Positions 39,001 to 48,197 of a stretch of DNA of 64,000 nucleotides are shown here, in pieces. The stretch spans positions 8,742,001 to 8,806,000 of the forward strand of contig OX597838.1 in assembly GCA_951406725.2 (NCBI GenBank), read 5' to 3'. The notes beneath the pieces are model-generated. The model worked only from the letters and a program-made list of their open reading frames with translations. It was not told the origin of the DNA and did not search any database. The stretch is from Octopus vulgaris (taxonomy: Eukaryota). The position numbers were made by a program, and so were the translations under genes. Numbering within the stretch: position 1 is the stretch's first letter; every line of letters starts with the position of its first letter.

Positions 39001-39882
39001 GAAAGGGAGAGACGAGGTCAGCGAGAAACGAACCCAGAAACACCGCAATAGAATTTTTCCGGCGCTCTAACGATTCCATATCGGTTTGCGGTAATTTTTT
39101 TATTCTTTTTTGTAATAATTACGATTTCCGGCAATCCTTCGTCTCTAGTAGACCTTTCCGTCGATTTCCGTAAAAAACTTCTTTTTTTTTTACATATGGG
39201 CTTGCGGGAACTTTTGAAGTAATGAGAGCGAAAGAGACTAAGAGAAAGCGATTGTATGATGAGGGAAGTTCTTTTGAAGTTACCGTGCATGGCAAGCATT
39301 GATGTACATGTGTGTGTGTGTGTGTGTTTGATGGGGTGTGGGAGACAGACAGTATGTTGTGTAAGTGAAGTGCTTCTGTTAGTGTGTGTAAAGAGACAGA
39401 GATAACTGAAATTTTTTACTCGGTGTATGTGTATATGTATGTATATTACTTCAAAAGTTCCCGCAAGCCCATATGTAAAAAAAAAAAAAAATTTTTTTAC
39501 GGAAATCGACGGAAAGGTCTACTAGAGACGAAAGATCGCCCTTTTTTGTAATAATTACGATTTCCTTTGCGTTTATAATAAGACATTCATGGATTTCAGC
39601 AACACGAAACGGTGGTAAAAGTATGTTTCGCAACATAAATCTCTCATCGAAAAATCTGGGAACAAGTGTCTGTTTCTTTCTTTATTTCTGTTTCTACAAC
39701 TCACGCTCGGAATTTGTCAAAATTCCGCCAGAGATTAATCGAAACGGTAACAAATATCCTGAATACGACAAATCTGTAATATATCCTATTGTAATTATAT
39801 CATCTTATTTATACACAAACTTACCTTCTAAATCGTCCATCGCTTCCATTTCGTCGGCGTACATTAATTCAAACTCGTCCAT
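2389..39882 (-). CDS. CHTF18: CHTF18, chromosome transmission fidelity protein 18 (RFC-like AAA+ clamp loader subunit); whole spliced gene, 24 coding exons, 2826 nt, ~941 aa
   Basis: Exons joined by GT..AG with consistent phases: 39825-39882, 37357-37632, 35884-36054, 34520-34644, 33659-33742, 32606-32652, 31619-31811, 30314-30490, 29893-29990, 27806-27929, 26567-26670, 24517-24610, 22778-22876 (or duplicate 21591-21689), 20638-20765, 19446-19520, 17137-17248, 16316-16486, 15460-15609, 14399-14529, 12085-12169, 11165-11226, 9091-9178, 6428-6506, 2389-2483. Motifs: LWVDKYAP, Walker [16 protein letters not shown], Walker [35 protein letters not shown]-terminal [14 protein letters not shown]. 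Confidence 0.95.
2752..2990 (+). mobile_element. SINE family B, ~240 bp with a Nin-domain-like core; representative copy
   Basis: Core GCCTTTCATCCTTTYGGGGTCGATWAAWTAAGTACCAG; apparent target duplication ATGTTGGAT; copies at 3157-3390, 10314-10543(-), 21298-21530(-), 26757-26985, 29232-29880, 32747-32984(-), 33285-33518, 43410-43780, 61455-62065. Confidence 0.85.
4005..5425. repeat. Compound trinucleotide block: (GGT/AGT)n then (ACC/ACT)n
   Basis: Direct reading. Confidence 0.9.
6428..6506 (-). CDS. CHTF18: CHTF18 exon 23 ([12 protein letters not shown]...VVAK)
   Basis: RDFFGR motif; phase 0-1. Confidence 0.92.
6808..7578 (-). mobile_element. 5'-truncated CR1-type LINE (RT C-terminal region, short 3' UTR, (AACT)n tail)
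   Basis: ORF 6886-7689 motifs [46 protein letters not shown]; inserted inside a TA-rich microsatellite. Confidence 0.9.
7580..8070. repeat. (TA)n-based compound microsatellite with CATCAT subunits; continues at 6600-6800
   Basis: Direct reading. Confidence 0.9.
8249..8645 (+). mobile_element. tRNA-derived SINE family A, ~400 bp with internal (TA)/(TG) tract; representative copy
   Basis: Head GGAGTGGCTGTGTGG...GGTTCAGTCCC (A/B-box like); many copies, e.g. 1298-1711(-), 5650-6035(-), 12663-13040(+), 24810-25173(-), 26008-26450(+), 38045-38427(-), 41916-42293(+), 48530-48914(-), 52322-52707(-). Confidence 0.85.
9091..9178 (-). CDS. CHTF18: CHTF18 exon 22 ([18 protein letters not shown]...KEH)
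   Basis: PNHxQxL motif; CAGCAG tandem acceptor; phase 2-0. Confidence 0.85.
10735..11055 (+). mobile_element. Repeat family D (RTE-3'-end-like, (GAT)n tail, internal GTGGCACGTAAAAAGCAC subrepeats); representative copy
   Basis: Copies at 1-124, 11688-12004, 15020-15263, 17720-18040, 32045-32280, 46610-46940, 54065-54363, 55150-55487, 62280-62598. Confidence 0.75.
11165..11226 (-). CDS. CHTF18: CHTF18 exon 21 ([20 protein letters not shown])
   Basis: IxxEKMR motif; donor GTCAGT; phase 0-2. Confidence 0.85.
11385..11618. mobile_element. Probable Tc1-derived MITE
   Basis: Ends CACAAAACATTTCAAAAGTAAATAG and CTATTTACTTTCAAGATGTCTGTG|TA resemble the TIRs of 46452-48197. Confidence 0.5.
12085..12169 (-). 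CDS. CHTF18: CHTF18 exon 20 ([10 protein letters not shown]...[12 protein letters not shown])
   Basis: LTYxTKQxIARE motif; phase 2-0. Confidence 0.94.
13053..13265 (-). mobile_element. Second copy of the hammerhead-bearing repeat, flanked by (TA)n
   Basis: Colinear similarity to 779-977. Confidence 0.55.
13154..13191 (-). ncRNA. Variant hammerhead motif, same repeat family as 869-903
   Basis: GUUU-CCGACGA-A-GAGC-UCC-GCUC-GAAAC-AAC-GUU-AAAC; U4C core change. Confidence 0.4.
13733..14290. repeat. (AG)n/(AGAC)n compound microsatellite
   Basis: Direct reading. Confidence 0.95.
14399..14529 (-). CDS. CHTF18: CHTF18 exon 19 ([12 protein letters not shown]...GQYNYVLE)
   Basis: VxxQLYSxREK and GQYxYxLEP motifs; phase 0-2. 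Confidence 0.94.
15460..15609 (-). CDS. CHTF18: CHTF18 exon 18 ([16 protein letters not shown]...ILQPALRP)
   Basis: IL.PxLRP motif; phase 0-0. Confidence 0.92.
15686..16060. repeat. (TA)/(CA) compound microsatellite
   Basis: Direct reading. Confidence 0.9.
16316..16486 (-). CDS. CHTF18: CHTF18 exon 17 ([12 protein letters not shown]...YPHQNTE)
   Basis: ALDWL.F.D motif; phase 0-0. Confidence 0.92.
16498..16941. repeat. 20 bp minisatellite (GAAAGATTAAAAGATTAACA), ~22 copies
   Basis: Direct reading. Confidence 0.95.
17137..17248 (-). CDS. CHTF18: CHTF18 exon 16 ([26 protein letters not shown]...)
   Basis: GE.dK...GLF.NYL motif; phase 2-0. Confidence 0.92.
19446..19520 (-). CDS. CHTF18: CHTF18 exon 15 ([24 protein letters not shown])
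   Basis: TTCCAG acceptor, GTAAG donor, phase 2-2. Confidence 0.75.
20638..20765 (-). CDS. CHTF18: CHTF18 exon 14 (FVQRQKQEF...[18 protein letters not shown]...)
   Basis: GxKD..LFxVW motif; phase 0-2. Confidence 0.92.
20860..21220. repeat. Degenerate G-rich ~19 bp minisatellite (GGGGAAATCTGTGAGGGT-like)
   Basis: Direct reading. Confidence 0.75.
21591..21689 (-). CDS. CHTF18: CHTF18 exon 13, downstream identical duplicate
   Basis: Base-for-base identical to 22778-22876 with identical splice sites; which copy is used is unknown. Confidence 0.7.
21812..22297. mobile_element. Two tandem piggyBac-like MITEs (family of 45098-45325)
   Basis: TAACCCTTTCGTTAC...GTAACGAAAGGGTTAA ends; ~230 bp units. 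Confidence 0.75.
22778..22876 (-). CDS. CHTF18: CHTF18 exon 13, upstream copy ([33 protein letters not shown])
   Basis: Sensor-2 [10 protein letters not shown]; 99 nt, phase 0-0; TTTTAG acceptor, GTGAGT donor. Confidence 0.85.
22999..23648. mobile_element. Three tandem piggyBac-like MITEs, the last truncated
   Basis: Same units as 21812-22297. Confidence 0.75.
23730..24143. repeat. Near-perfect ~410 bp palindrome (foldback element)
   Basis: Arms of ~200 bp centred on TCTCTTATATG-A-CATATAAGAGA (centre 23942), flanked by (TA)n. Confidence 0.9.
24517..24610 (-). CDS. CHTF18: CHTF18 exon 12 ([31 protein letters not shown])
   Basis: YVPALRQLR motif; phase 2-0. Confidence 0.93.
26567..26670 (-). 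CDS. CHTF18: CHTF18 exon 11 (AAINVLL...[11 protein letters not shown], sensor 1)
   Basis: RPIICICND; phase 0-2. Confidence 0.95.
27806..27929 (-). CDS. CHTF18: CHTF18 exon 10 (DDRS...[14 protein letters not shown], Walker B)
   Basis: Walker B; phase 2-0; donor CAG|GTACG. Confidence 0.95.
29893..29990 (-). CDS. CHTF18: CHTF18 exon 9 (Walker [34 protein letters not shown])
   Basis: P-loop; phase 0-2. Confidence 0.96.
30314..30490 (-). CDS. CHTF18: CHTF18 exon 8 ([14 protein letters not shown]...RPLQK)
   Basis: CTF18-typical NRxLLxWLKxWD; phase 0-0. Confidence 0.93.
30545..31515. repeat. 20/21 bp minisatellite (CCCTTGTCATAACTTTGCAAR), ~47 copies
   Basis: Direct reading. Confidence 0.95.
31619..31811 (-). 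CDS. CHTF18: CHTF18 exon 7 (...[19 protein letters not shown])
   Basis: RFC box II-like LWVDKYAP; phase 2-0. Confidence 0.92.
32606..32652 (-). CDS. CHTF18: CHTF18 exon 6 ([16 protein letters not shown])
   Basis: Pyrimidine tract plus CCAG acceptor, GTAAG donor; phase 0-2 bridges exons 5 and 7. Confidence 0.8.
33659..33742 (-). CDS. CHTF18: CHTF18 exon 5 ([28 protein letters not shown])
   Basis: GACAG acceptor, GTAAG donor, phase 0-0. Confidence 0.8.
34015..34465. repeat. 13-14 bp minisatellite (GGAAACTGAGRTGT / GGAAACCAAGATGT)
   Basis: Direct reading. Confidence 0.9.
34520..34644 (-). CDS. CHTF18: CHTF18 exon 4 (AKKQRQR...[13 protein letters not shown]...EKE)
   Basis: TTACAG acceptor, GTAAG donor, phase 1-0, VTSxDGxRxY motif. 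Confidence 0.85.
35480..35745 (-). mobile_element. RTE-like LINE 3' fragment with (TGA)n tail
   Basis: RRVQFAGHC...LLLWKP...RGR...AMMDREVWR typical RT C-terminus. Confidence 0.7.
35884..36054 (-). CDS. CHTF18: CHTF18 exon 3 ([12 protein letters not shown]...QQTQSQ)
   Basis: TTGTAG acceptor, GTAAA donor, phase 1-1. Confidence 0.75.
37357..37632 (-). CDS. CHTF18: CHTF18 exon 2 ([15 protein letters not shown]...ATSPNN)
   Basis: TTTCAG acceptor, GTAAG donor, open frame, phase 1-1. Confidence 0.8.
39105..39565. mobile_element. 411 bp element with ~94 bp TIRs flanked by 25 bp direct repeats
   Basis: Arms 39130-39223 and 39445-39540; CTTTTTTGTAATAATTACGATTTCC at 39105-39129 and 39541-39565. Confidence 0.75.
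39825..39882 (-). CDS. CHTF18: CHTF18 exon 1 ([19 protein letters not shown])
   Basis: ATG at 39882, acidic N-terminus like CTF18 orthologues, donor G|GTAAG, phase 1 matches exon 2. Confidence 0.8.
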
Positions 39883-39924
39883 TTTTGTAGCTGTTTATCC
39901 ACTCTTATTTCCCTAAAATCCAAG

Positions 39925-39936
39925 TTTATATATAAA
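39925..39936 (-). promoter_or_regulatory. Possible TATA box of CHTF18
   Basis: Palindromic TTTATATATAAA about 45 bp upstream of the ATG; weak evidence in AT-rich DNA. Confidence 0.25.
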
Positions 39937-40193
39937 GGGTAGGTATACGAGTGTGTGTGTGTGTATGTGTGTATTTAGGGATGAGTGAACAGGTATGGAA
40001 CCTACAAATGCATCGTGTTTGTATTTTGGTTATTAAATCCCACTTCTTTCGCAAGCAGAGTATTTCTGTATATTGATATATGTTATATAACTACCTCCAT
40101 GAGTATATGGCTATTGCAATATCTACAAACGCATGCCTAGAACCATCGCACTGACTCAATCAGTTGTGTTTACAGCTGATATCGAGAAATTCA

Positions 40194-40206
40194 TTTTCCC
40201 GCGAAA
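40194..40206. promoter_or_regulatory. Overlapping E2F-type sites TTTTCCCGCGAAA, about 310 bp upstream of the CHTF18 ATG
   Basis: TTTCCCGC on plus and TTTCGCGG on minus; E2F control is typical of replication genes. Confidence 0.45.
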
Positions 40207-41142
40207 TATGACGACACACCAGATTTATCTCCCTTACCAATCTCTCTTTCTCTCTATCTATCTATCTTTTTCTTTCTCTCTCTATCTATCTATCTATCTA
40301 TCTACCTCTCACTCAAGTTTTGTCTAGCGAATGTTTTAAAAAATGATGGGTGAATGTAGCAATGATGGCACGTATGAATGACGAAGCCACCTTGAGCATA
40401 ATCCTATGAACCCAGAAATTGAAAACAGAGGGTTACCCACTTGCAAACAAATGTGGTAACATATAACAATATTGACCAAGGTTACCGTGGTCTTTTTCGT
40501 AGGCTTTTCTTCCCACGGATAAACCTTACTTGCTTTCCCCTTTACATCATATATCATAACACTGTGATACACGATCCCTATTGATCGTTTTTTTTCCTCT
40601 TCCCCTTTTTTCTTCTTTTTTCATTTCTCTTTTCTTTTGTTCCTTTTCCTTTTCTTCTTTTTTTATTTATTTTTCTTTTTTTTTTTTTTTTTTTGGTTCT
40701 TCTTTTTCCCTTTTACGATCCCATTTGATCGAAAACCTACGCCACCTTTTTTTTTTTCTTTTGTTTTTTTCATCCCCCAAAAGAATAGCTCTACCTTGTA
40801 ACTTGTCCCATCTGTGTGCAGCCCTGTGTGGCCAATAAAGAAACTTATCTCTCACTCACTCACGCACCTTTGTTCTTCTCCAGCAAACTTTATATCCTGT
40901 TGTGTGTCTGGGGGAGAGTCATTCTCTTTTAGTGTCTCGACGCAACAGAATATGCTTCAACACACACGAACTCACATAAAGAATCTTGCGAACCAAATCC
41001 AAAAACGAAACTTTATATTTAACGTCAGAGACTCTTTGTCTTTCCTTGTTAGAAATTTATTCTTAAAATAATTAGCAACATTCTAAAAAGACTCTTGGAG
41101 AAAGAAAAAGATAAGAAATTGAGGAAGGGTTTATTGTTTGGT

Positions 41143-41179
41143 CTTCTTCTTCTTCTTCTTCTTCTTCTTCTTCTTCTTC

Positions 41180-41249
<70 letters not shown>

Positions 41250-41300
41250 CCACCACCACCACCACCACCACCACCACCAGCAGCAGCACCATCGTCGTCG

Positions 41301-41332
<32 letters not shown>

Positions 41333-41344
41333 GTTGTTGTTGTT
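41143..41344. repeat. Compound trinucleotide ladder CTT-CAT-CAC-CAG-CGT-TAT-TGT
   Basis: Direct reading. Confidence 0.95.
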
Positions 41345-44300
41345 GGTTCCTCAGCACTTTGGTCATTCTTCAAGTTTTTGTATTCTTGTGTTTCATTTAA
41401 AGAGAAATACGTTTTTTGAAAGATTTTGTTTTGTTTTGTTTTTTTCTTTTCTTAAAAAAAATTTCAAATTTTCATACTTTTTTTGCTTCCCCTTTTCTCA
41501 TTTTGTATCCTTCCTTTCCTATTTCATCCACCCATCTTTTCCACCTGAAAGGCTTGTGTGAGTAGAGTCCTTGGGTACCTCCTCCATAGGGTGCTATCAG
41601 AAGCAACTGTCATTTTCCTGGCTGGATTCCCAAACACGACCAACCATCTCATTCTTGGACTACCCCTAGGTCTGCTGTGAGGTTTGGCTCAGCTTGAAGA
41701 ATCTGTCTAGCAATTCTGTGCTGCAACATTCTTATCTTAATGGAGTGGTGGCCTCTCAATGTGGCGAAGTAGTGGCTCAACTTGGAAATATTCTCTGCTC
41801 TCCAGGCTATGCACCTTGTCAAGTTTAAGGCTCTCTATCAGTTATGATCGACAGAAACAGCCTGCTTATGAAATTAGCATGCAAGTGGCTGAGCACTCTA
41901 CAGACACACACACACCGCAGGAGTGGCTATGTGGTAAGTAGCTTGTTTACCAACCACATGGTTCTGGGTTCAGTCCCACAGAGTGGCACCTTGGGCAAGT
42001 GTCTTCTACTATAGCCTTGGGCCGACCAAAGCCTTGTGAGTGGATTTGGTAGACGGAAACTGAAAGAAGCCCGTTGTATATATCTGTGTGTGTATGTTTG
42101 TGTGTCTGTGTTTGTCCCCCTAGCATTGCTTGACAACCGATGCTGGTGTGTTTATGTCCCCGTTACTTAGCGGTTCGGCAAAAGAGACCAATAGAATAAG
42201 TACTGGGCTTACAAAAGAATCGAGTTGCTCGACTAAAAGGCGGTGCTCCAGCATGGCCGCAGTCAAATGACTGCAACAAGTAAAAGAGTAAAGAGCTGGT
42301 TCCCCTTTGAATTACAGGTAGAACTAATTTTTTCCAGGTGAGTGGACTTATTGGAAGCCAAACGGTCGAGCCAGTAATCCACACACCTTCCCCGTCCCCT
42401 AGCATTACTCGAGAGATCTTTCAGACGACCTCTCTTGTACTCACAATCGTACTCTTTCTGCCAATAACATTCTTGACCATTGTAATCCCTAAACATTTTC
42501 CTTCACTCTCCAAACCACAGTTTAGTCAATTCCTCGTTATATTCTACACACGTCAGGTCTTTCTATACAGGTAGCTTTTTCTTAGTAATTCAGTTTTTCC
42601 CATGAGTTCTTTGTTGTAGGGACTCCAGAAGAATCGAAGGATCTCAATAGGATCTTGATTTTGTAAAACCCATGGAAATGTTTTCATGTTTATGTGTCTA
42701 AAAATTCATCCTTTTATGCACAATATCCTACAGATACATCAATTGTCTAAAACTTTTGGTTCCATAGCCTTTCCACATAACTGATTTTTCCAAACATGGG
42801 GTGGAGGTCACCTTGATCAACACATTCTAAGTTAAACAAATATTAAATTTAATTAAATAATTAACTGAAATCCAGGTAAATGATACAAGTTTATTAACAC
42901 TGTACTATACAAGGTACCAACAAACTAGTCTGGTGGTTGCAAGAATTTGAAGTTCCTCTTTGTAAATTAGCAAAGATTATAAGAAGTTCTGAACCATAAG
43001 TGTCTGCAACGTTGGCGTTATCCTTAGATTTGCCTTCTTTATCTTTTGCCATATTTGTTCAATAATTTTTTTTTTTTTTCTCTCCCCTAATAAATATTTT
43101 CTTTTATTTGTTTTCTGAATAACAGTTTGGTACAGTTCTTAGCTCTTTTCCTCATTTATCACTTTTCCTATAAAAAGTTGTTTACGTTTGCCGCCTCAGT
43201 GTAAAGCTAAAAGCCATGTATCAATCTAGTCCTCCACAGATATCTTGTAGTTTTGCAGGTCCTTTAGAAGTCCTGTAGGAAACTTTCATGTCATTCATAG
43301 AAAGTTATACATCTGCAGTAACCTCTCCGGATAATTCATTTGTCAGCATCATCATCCGTTTTCTATGAAGGCATCAGTTGAACAGGACAAGAGCTGACAG
43401 ATAAGAGAAAGGCGACGAGTTGGCAGAAACGTTAGCAAGCCGGGCGAAATACGTAGCCGTATTTCATCTGCCGTTACATTCTGAGTTCAAATTCCACCGA
43501 GGTCTACTTTGCCTTTCATCCTTTCAGAGTCGATAAATTAAGTACCAGTTACGCACTGGGGTCAATGTAATCGACTTAATCCATTTGTCTATCCTTGTTT
43601 AGCCCCTTGTGGGTAGTAAAGAAATAGGTATTTCGTCTGCTGTTACGTTCTGAGTTCAAATTCCGCTGAGGTCGACTTTGCCTTTCATCCTTTCGGGGTC
43701 GATATAATCAACTTAATACCTATGCCTGTCCTTGTTTGTCCTCTCTGTGTTTAGCCTCTTGTGGGTAGTAAAGAAATAGATAAGAGAACCACTTCTTGTT
43801 TCAGTGTCTTTGACATTGTTTCCATGGCTGGATGGCCTTCCTGTTGCATTGTTCACATCAAGAAACTAAGGAATCTGCTTCAAACTCTGCTATGTTCAAT
43901 TTATCACTCTGTCCCATTTCACTTATAAACACTCCCTATAACTTCACCACCTTCTCTCGCTGCCCCTTTTCCAGCTGGGGTAGCCATGTCCATTTACCCA
44001 CCTTACTGCAACATGCCCTCTCCTGTCCTTCTATCAGACTTTAACATCTCATCACCTGAATTCGTTGGCGAGTGTATATATGTGCTGACGGATGATTTGT
44101 ATTTATGTGGTAGCTATACACTGCACCTCATCATGTAATTGGCCGAGCTTCACTCTTAATAAAGGGACCATGGAGAAATACTCATCTGTGACAGCATCTG
44201 GAAATCCCTTTCTATTTTCCAGGTGTACCGTTGCCAGCTTTGGCCTACGTTCCCACCGAATTAGGCTGTGGTCTCCCGGTAAACGAGAAATTTAATCTTG

Positions 44301-44469
44301 GCAGAGTTGTTTCCCTTACATCTTATCGTCGCTACCTTCCTGAAGTAACTCCAACACTTCACACCATTGGATGGAAATGACCCCCAAATTATGATCTGCC
44401 CCCAACCAACAGCAACCAAAAACATAAACATGCCTTTAGGGCCTCATTTTTACTTAAATGGATGGGTCA

Positions 44470-44870
44470 CCCATAAAATTATTAACCATCTTACAGACAA
44501 TAACTCTGAGCACCTTTTCAAACTCCACCTGTCTAACACCCGTGGACATATTTACAAAGTCAGAAAACAGCACAGCTCCCACGACTTTCGGAAACATTTT
44601 TTCACGCTAAGAGTTGCTGAAGTATGGAACAAACTGCCAGCATCAGTTGTTAGTTGTCGGAGCACTGCATCCTTCAAAACTTCCATGCTTCCTAAAATTC
44701 GGCAATACTACACCTGATTTTCTCCCCTCCATACACATGCAAGAATGTATCTGACTCATACACTGTTCACTTTCCAGGCATTTGTACATTACTGCATATG
44801 CTTTATACGCACTTTTTGACAAGTTGTGGTGCACCTGAGCACTGTAGACAATAATTTCAAATTTCAATTT
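44470..44870 (+). mobile_element. CR1-type LINE 3' fragment
   Basis: TRGHIYKV...FRKHFFTLRVAEVWNKLP, plus 3' UTR similar to 53700-54055. Confidence 0.8.
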
Positions 44871-44914
44871 CATTTCTCAAGAACAGTAAATCACCAATCA
44901 TCTCAACACCTGAA

Positions 44915-45500
44915 AACAACTTTTCCCTACCTCGTCCCGTGTCTTCCTGGGTCTACCTCTACCACAGGTTCCCTCCACAGTTAAAGATCGGCACATCTTT
45001 ACACAGCTGTCCTCATCCATACACATCACATGACCATACCAGCGCAACCTTCTCTCTTGCACACTACACTTTATACCTCTTATGCCCAGTTTTTCTCTTA
45101 ACCCTTTCATTACCAACCCGGCTGAAACCGGCTCTGGCCCTGAGTACAAATGTCTTGTTTTCATAAGTTTTCAATTAAAATCTTCCACCAAACCTTAGAC
45201 ACAATTTATGTTCTTAACACTAGCTTAATGATAACTAAGTTATTTTACTAAATTCTTTGATATATTTAAAGTAAGTGAAAGAAACACAGAACATCTCAAA
45301 ATAAATACAGTAATAAAAGGGTTAAGACATTTACGCTCTGTTGTGCATACATACAGACATTACCCACCCAGCAGAGCATGCTGGCCTCATTTCTTCCAAG
45401 CCTTCACATCTCCTCTGCATCATTCACAGCCCATGTCTCATGTAGCACGGCTGTTTGTACACAAGTATCATCATACGATCTGCCTTTCACTCTGAAGGAG
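44915..45500 (-). mobile_element. RTE-type LINE fragment interrupted by a TTAA MITE
   Basis: LREKLGIRGI...ERRLRWYGHV...GRGRPRKT motif. Confidence 0.75.
45098..45325. mobile_element. piggyBac-like MITE with TTAA target duplication
   Basis: TTAA|CCCTTTCATTAC ... GTAATAAAAGGG|TTAA; removing it restores the host RTE sequence. Confidence 0.8.
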
Positions 45501-46451
45501 AACGCCTTCATTACCAATAGCTGGAAGCACTCCGTCGGTTATGACGACAAGGGTTCCGGTTGATCCGAATCAATGGAACAGCCTGCTCGTGAAATTAACG
45601 TGTAAGTGGCTGAGCACTCCACAGACACGTGTACCCTTAACATAGTTCTTGGGGATATTCAGCGTGACACAGAGAGTGACAAGACCGGCCCTTTGAAATA
45701 CAGGTACAAGAGAAACAGGAAGTAAGAGTGAGAGAGAGTTGTGGTGAAATAGTACAGCAGGGATCACCACCATCCCCTGCCGGAGCCTCGTGGAGCTTTA
45801 GGTGTTTTCGCTCAATAAACACTCACAACGCCCGGTCTGGGAATCGAAACCGCGAGTCTGCTGCCCTAACCACTGGGCTGTTGCGCCTCCACACCAATAG
45901 CGGTAAAAGCTCTTTGAACTCTCTCTCTCACTGGTTCTTATTCTAGCAACCATGCTTTCAGAAAGCCCTCCTTCACCGCTAATTAGGTCACCTAGGTAAC
46001 AGACACTCTCACCTACTACTAATTATCCTTTCAAGCATTCAAGGAAATCCATTCCCTGTGTATTCCTAGTGTTTGTTATTCCTGGACAATCTGTTTGACT
46101 CCTTGGCTGACCAGGCCACGTTCCATTCCACCACGTATCTATATCGTTGTCGTCATCATTTAACATCCACTTTCCATGCTGCCATAATACTTGTTGGTAT
46201 GTGTGTGTGTGTGTGTATATTTCTTTATTCTTTTACTTGTTTCAGTCATTTGTCTGCAGCCATGCTGGAGCACCGCCTGTTAGTCGAAGAAATTGACCCC
46301 AGGACTTAATTCTTTGTAAGCCTGGTATTTATCTATTCTATCAGTCTCTTTTGCCAAACCCTTAAGTTACGGGGATGTAAACACACCAACATCGGTTATC
46401 GAGCAATGGGCAGAGGACAAACATCGACACATAGACACACATTCATAGATA

Positions 46452-48197
46452 CACAGACATGACAGAAGTAAATAGACACCCATAAAACATTGTTTTACAT
46501 TTATTTTAACTTGAAAAGGTTTATATTTTCTCAGACTGTCTAAAAGGCCCCTTCAATCATCAGACAATATGCTGTGCTTGAGAAAACCTGTTGAGTCAAG
46601 TGTAATCATAGTCGAGGCCAATGCCAGTGCCGCCTGACTGGCTCCCATGCCAGTGACACGTAAAAAGCACTATTTGGGTGTGGTTGATGCCAATGCCACC
46701 TGAATGGCCCCCCCCCCCATACCAGTGGCACATAAAAAGTACCATTTGAGTGTGGTTGATGCCCCCATGCCAGTGGCACGTAAAAAGTCCCCACTAAACT
46801 CTCAGAGTGGTTGGTGTTAGGAAAGGCATCCAGCTGTAGAAACCTTGCCAGATCAGATTGGAGCCTGGTGCAGCCTCCTGGCTTCCCAGTCCTCAGTCAA
46901 ACTGTCCAACCCATGCCAGCATGGAAAGCAGATGTTAAACAATTTTTTTTTTTTTTTTATCTAGTTTCAGCTCACGAGCTGTGGCCATGCTGGGGCACCG
47001 CCATTTGATGATGATTTTTGTGTTTCAGGTTCTACATGTGACTGTTTAATCATATTTCTGTAATTCTTTAATATATGTCACTGTTCAATCATGCCACATA
47101 CAAAAGAAACCTCGGAAGTGTCCACCTTTCATAGAGGCCATATTGTAGGTGGACTTAGCGTAAAACTGCGTAAAATGAGGATCCTGCTTTCTACAGTGAA
47201 TAGGGTGATTGTACAATTCACCATAGGGGGAAGGAGTCCACATCACCTTGCCCAACTTGACCAGGGCCCTCTGACAGGAGCCTTTGCTTTGTTAAGTGAA
47301 GTGTGGAGGATAATCCTCGTTGCAAGACCTCTGACATAGCAGAACAGGTTGATGTCCGTCCCAGAACAGCTGACAGGTGTCTCCACAAACTTGGTTACTA
47401 TGGCAGAGCAGCAGGAAGGAAGCCACTTCTACAAACAGCCAACATCAAGCAAAGAAAAGATTGGGCCAGTGAGATGGTGGAGAGACCACTAGCATTTTGG
47501 GACACTGTCATATTCTTTGATGAGTCCAGATTTGCTGTATTTCCTCACAGTGGTCGAGTGTGGATCTGGAGACTCTGTGATCAAGAATTTGATGTGAAAA
47601 GAACGCAGCCAACAATGAAACATGGCAGCTATTCTATGATGGTCTGGGGGAGCAATTTAGAACAGTGGTTGATTAGAACTGGTGGAGTGTGAGGGAAACA
47701 TAAACTCAGATAAATGTGTCCATATTGCAGAAAGAAGTCTTTCCAATCTTCTCCAGTAGTGAAATGATTAAAGAAGAGTCTTTATTTATGGAACATGGGG
47801 CTCCTTGTTACACAGCTAAAATGACCCAAGATTTGTTGGACGAGAATGGCATTAAAAAGCTTCCCTAGCCAAGCCAATCACCAGATATGAACCCTATTGG
47901 ACACCTCTGGGACATAATGGACAGGACACTTCATAAAAAGAACAAGAAAGCATCTTCAAAACCAGAACTTTTAAGGTTACTGCATGAAACTTGGTAAGAA
48001 ATCCCTCAAGAGAATATTCATCATCTGACCAGTAACATGCCTAATAGGGTCCTTGCATTGAATAATGCAAAGGGCATGTCTACTAAATATTAAATATTTA
48101 CATTATAACAATTGATAAATAACTTGAATGTATAATTTCAGATTTAAAGAAATTTTAATGATTATAAGGGTGTCTATTTTCTTTTGTCATGTTTGTG
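46452..48197 (+). mobile_element. Decayed Tc1/mariner DNA transposon with TIRs and TA target duplication; nested repeat at ~46570-47010
   Basis: TA|CACAGACATGACAGAAGTAAATAGACACCC ... GGGTGTCTATTTTCTTTTGTCATGTTTGTG|TA; transposase remnants at 47091-48093 (RKPLL, VIFFDESRF, KHG..MVWG, PSQSPDMNPI) with stops and frameshifts. Confidence 0.9.

Noticed and set aside
42340-43370. Possible old LINE or gene fragment between the two genes
   Set aside because: Composition hints at a decayed retroelement on the minus strand, but I could not read a sustained frame or diagnostic motif.
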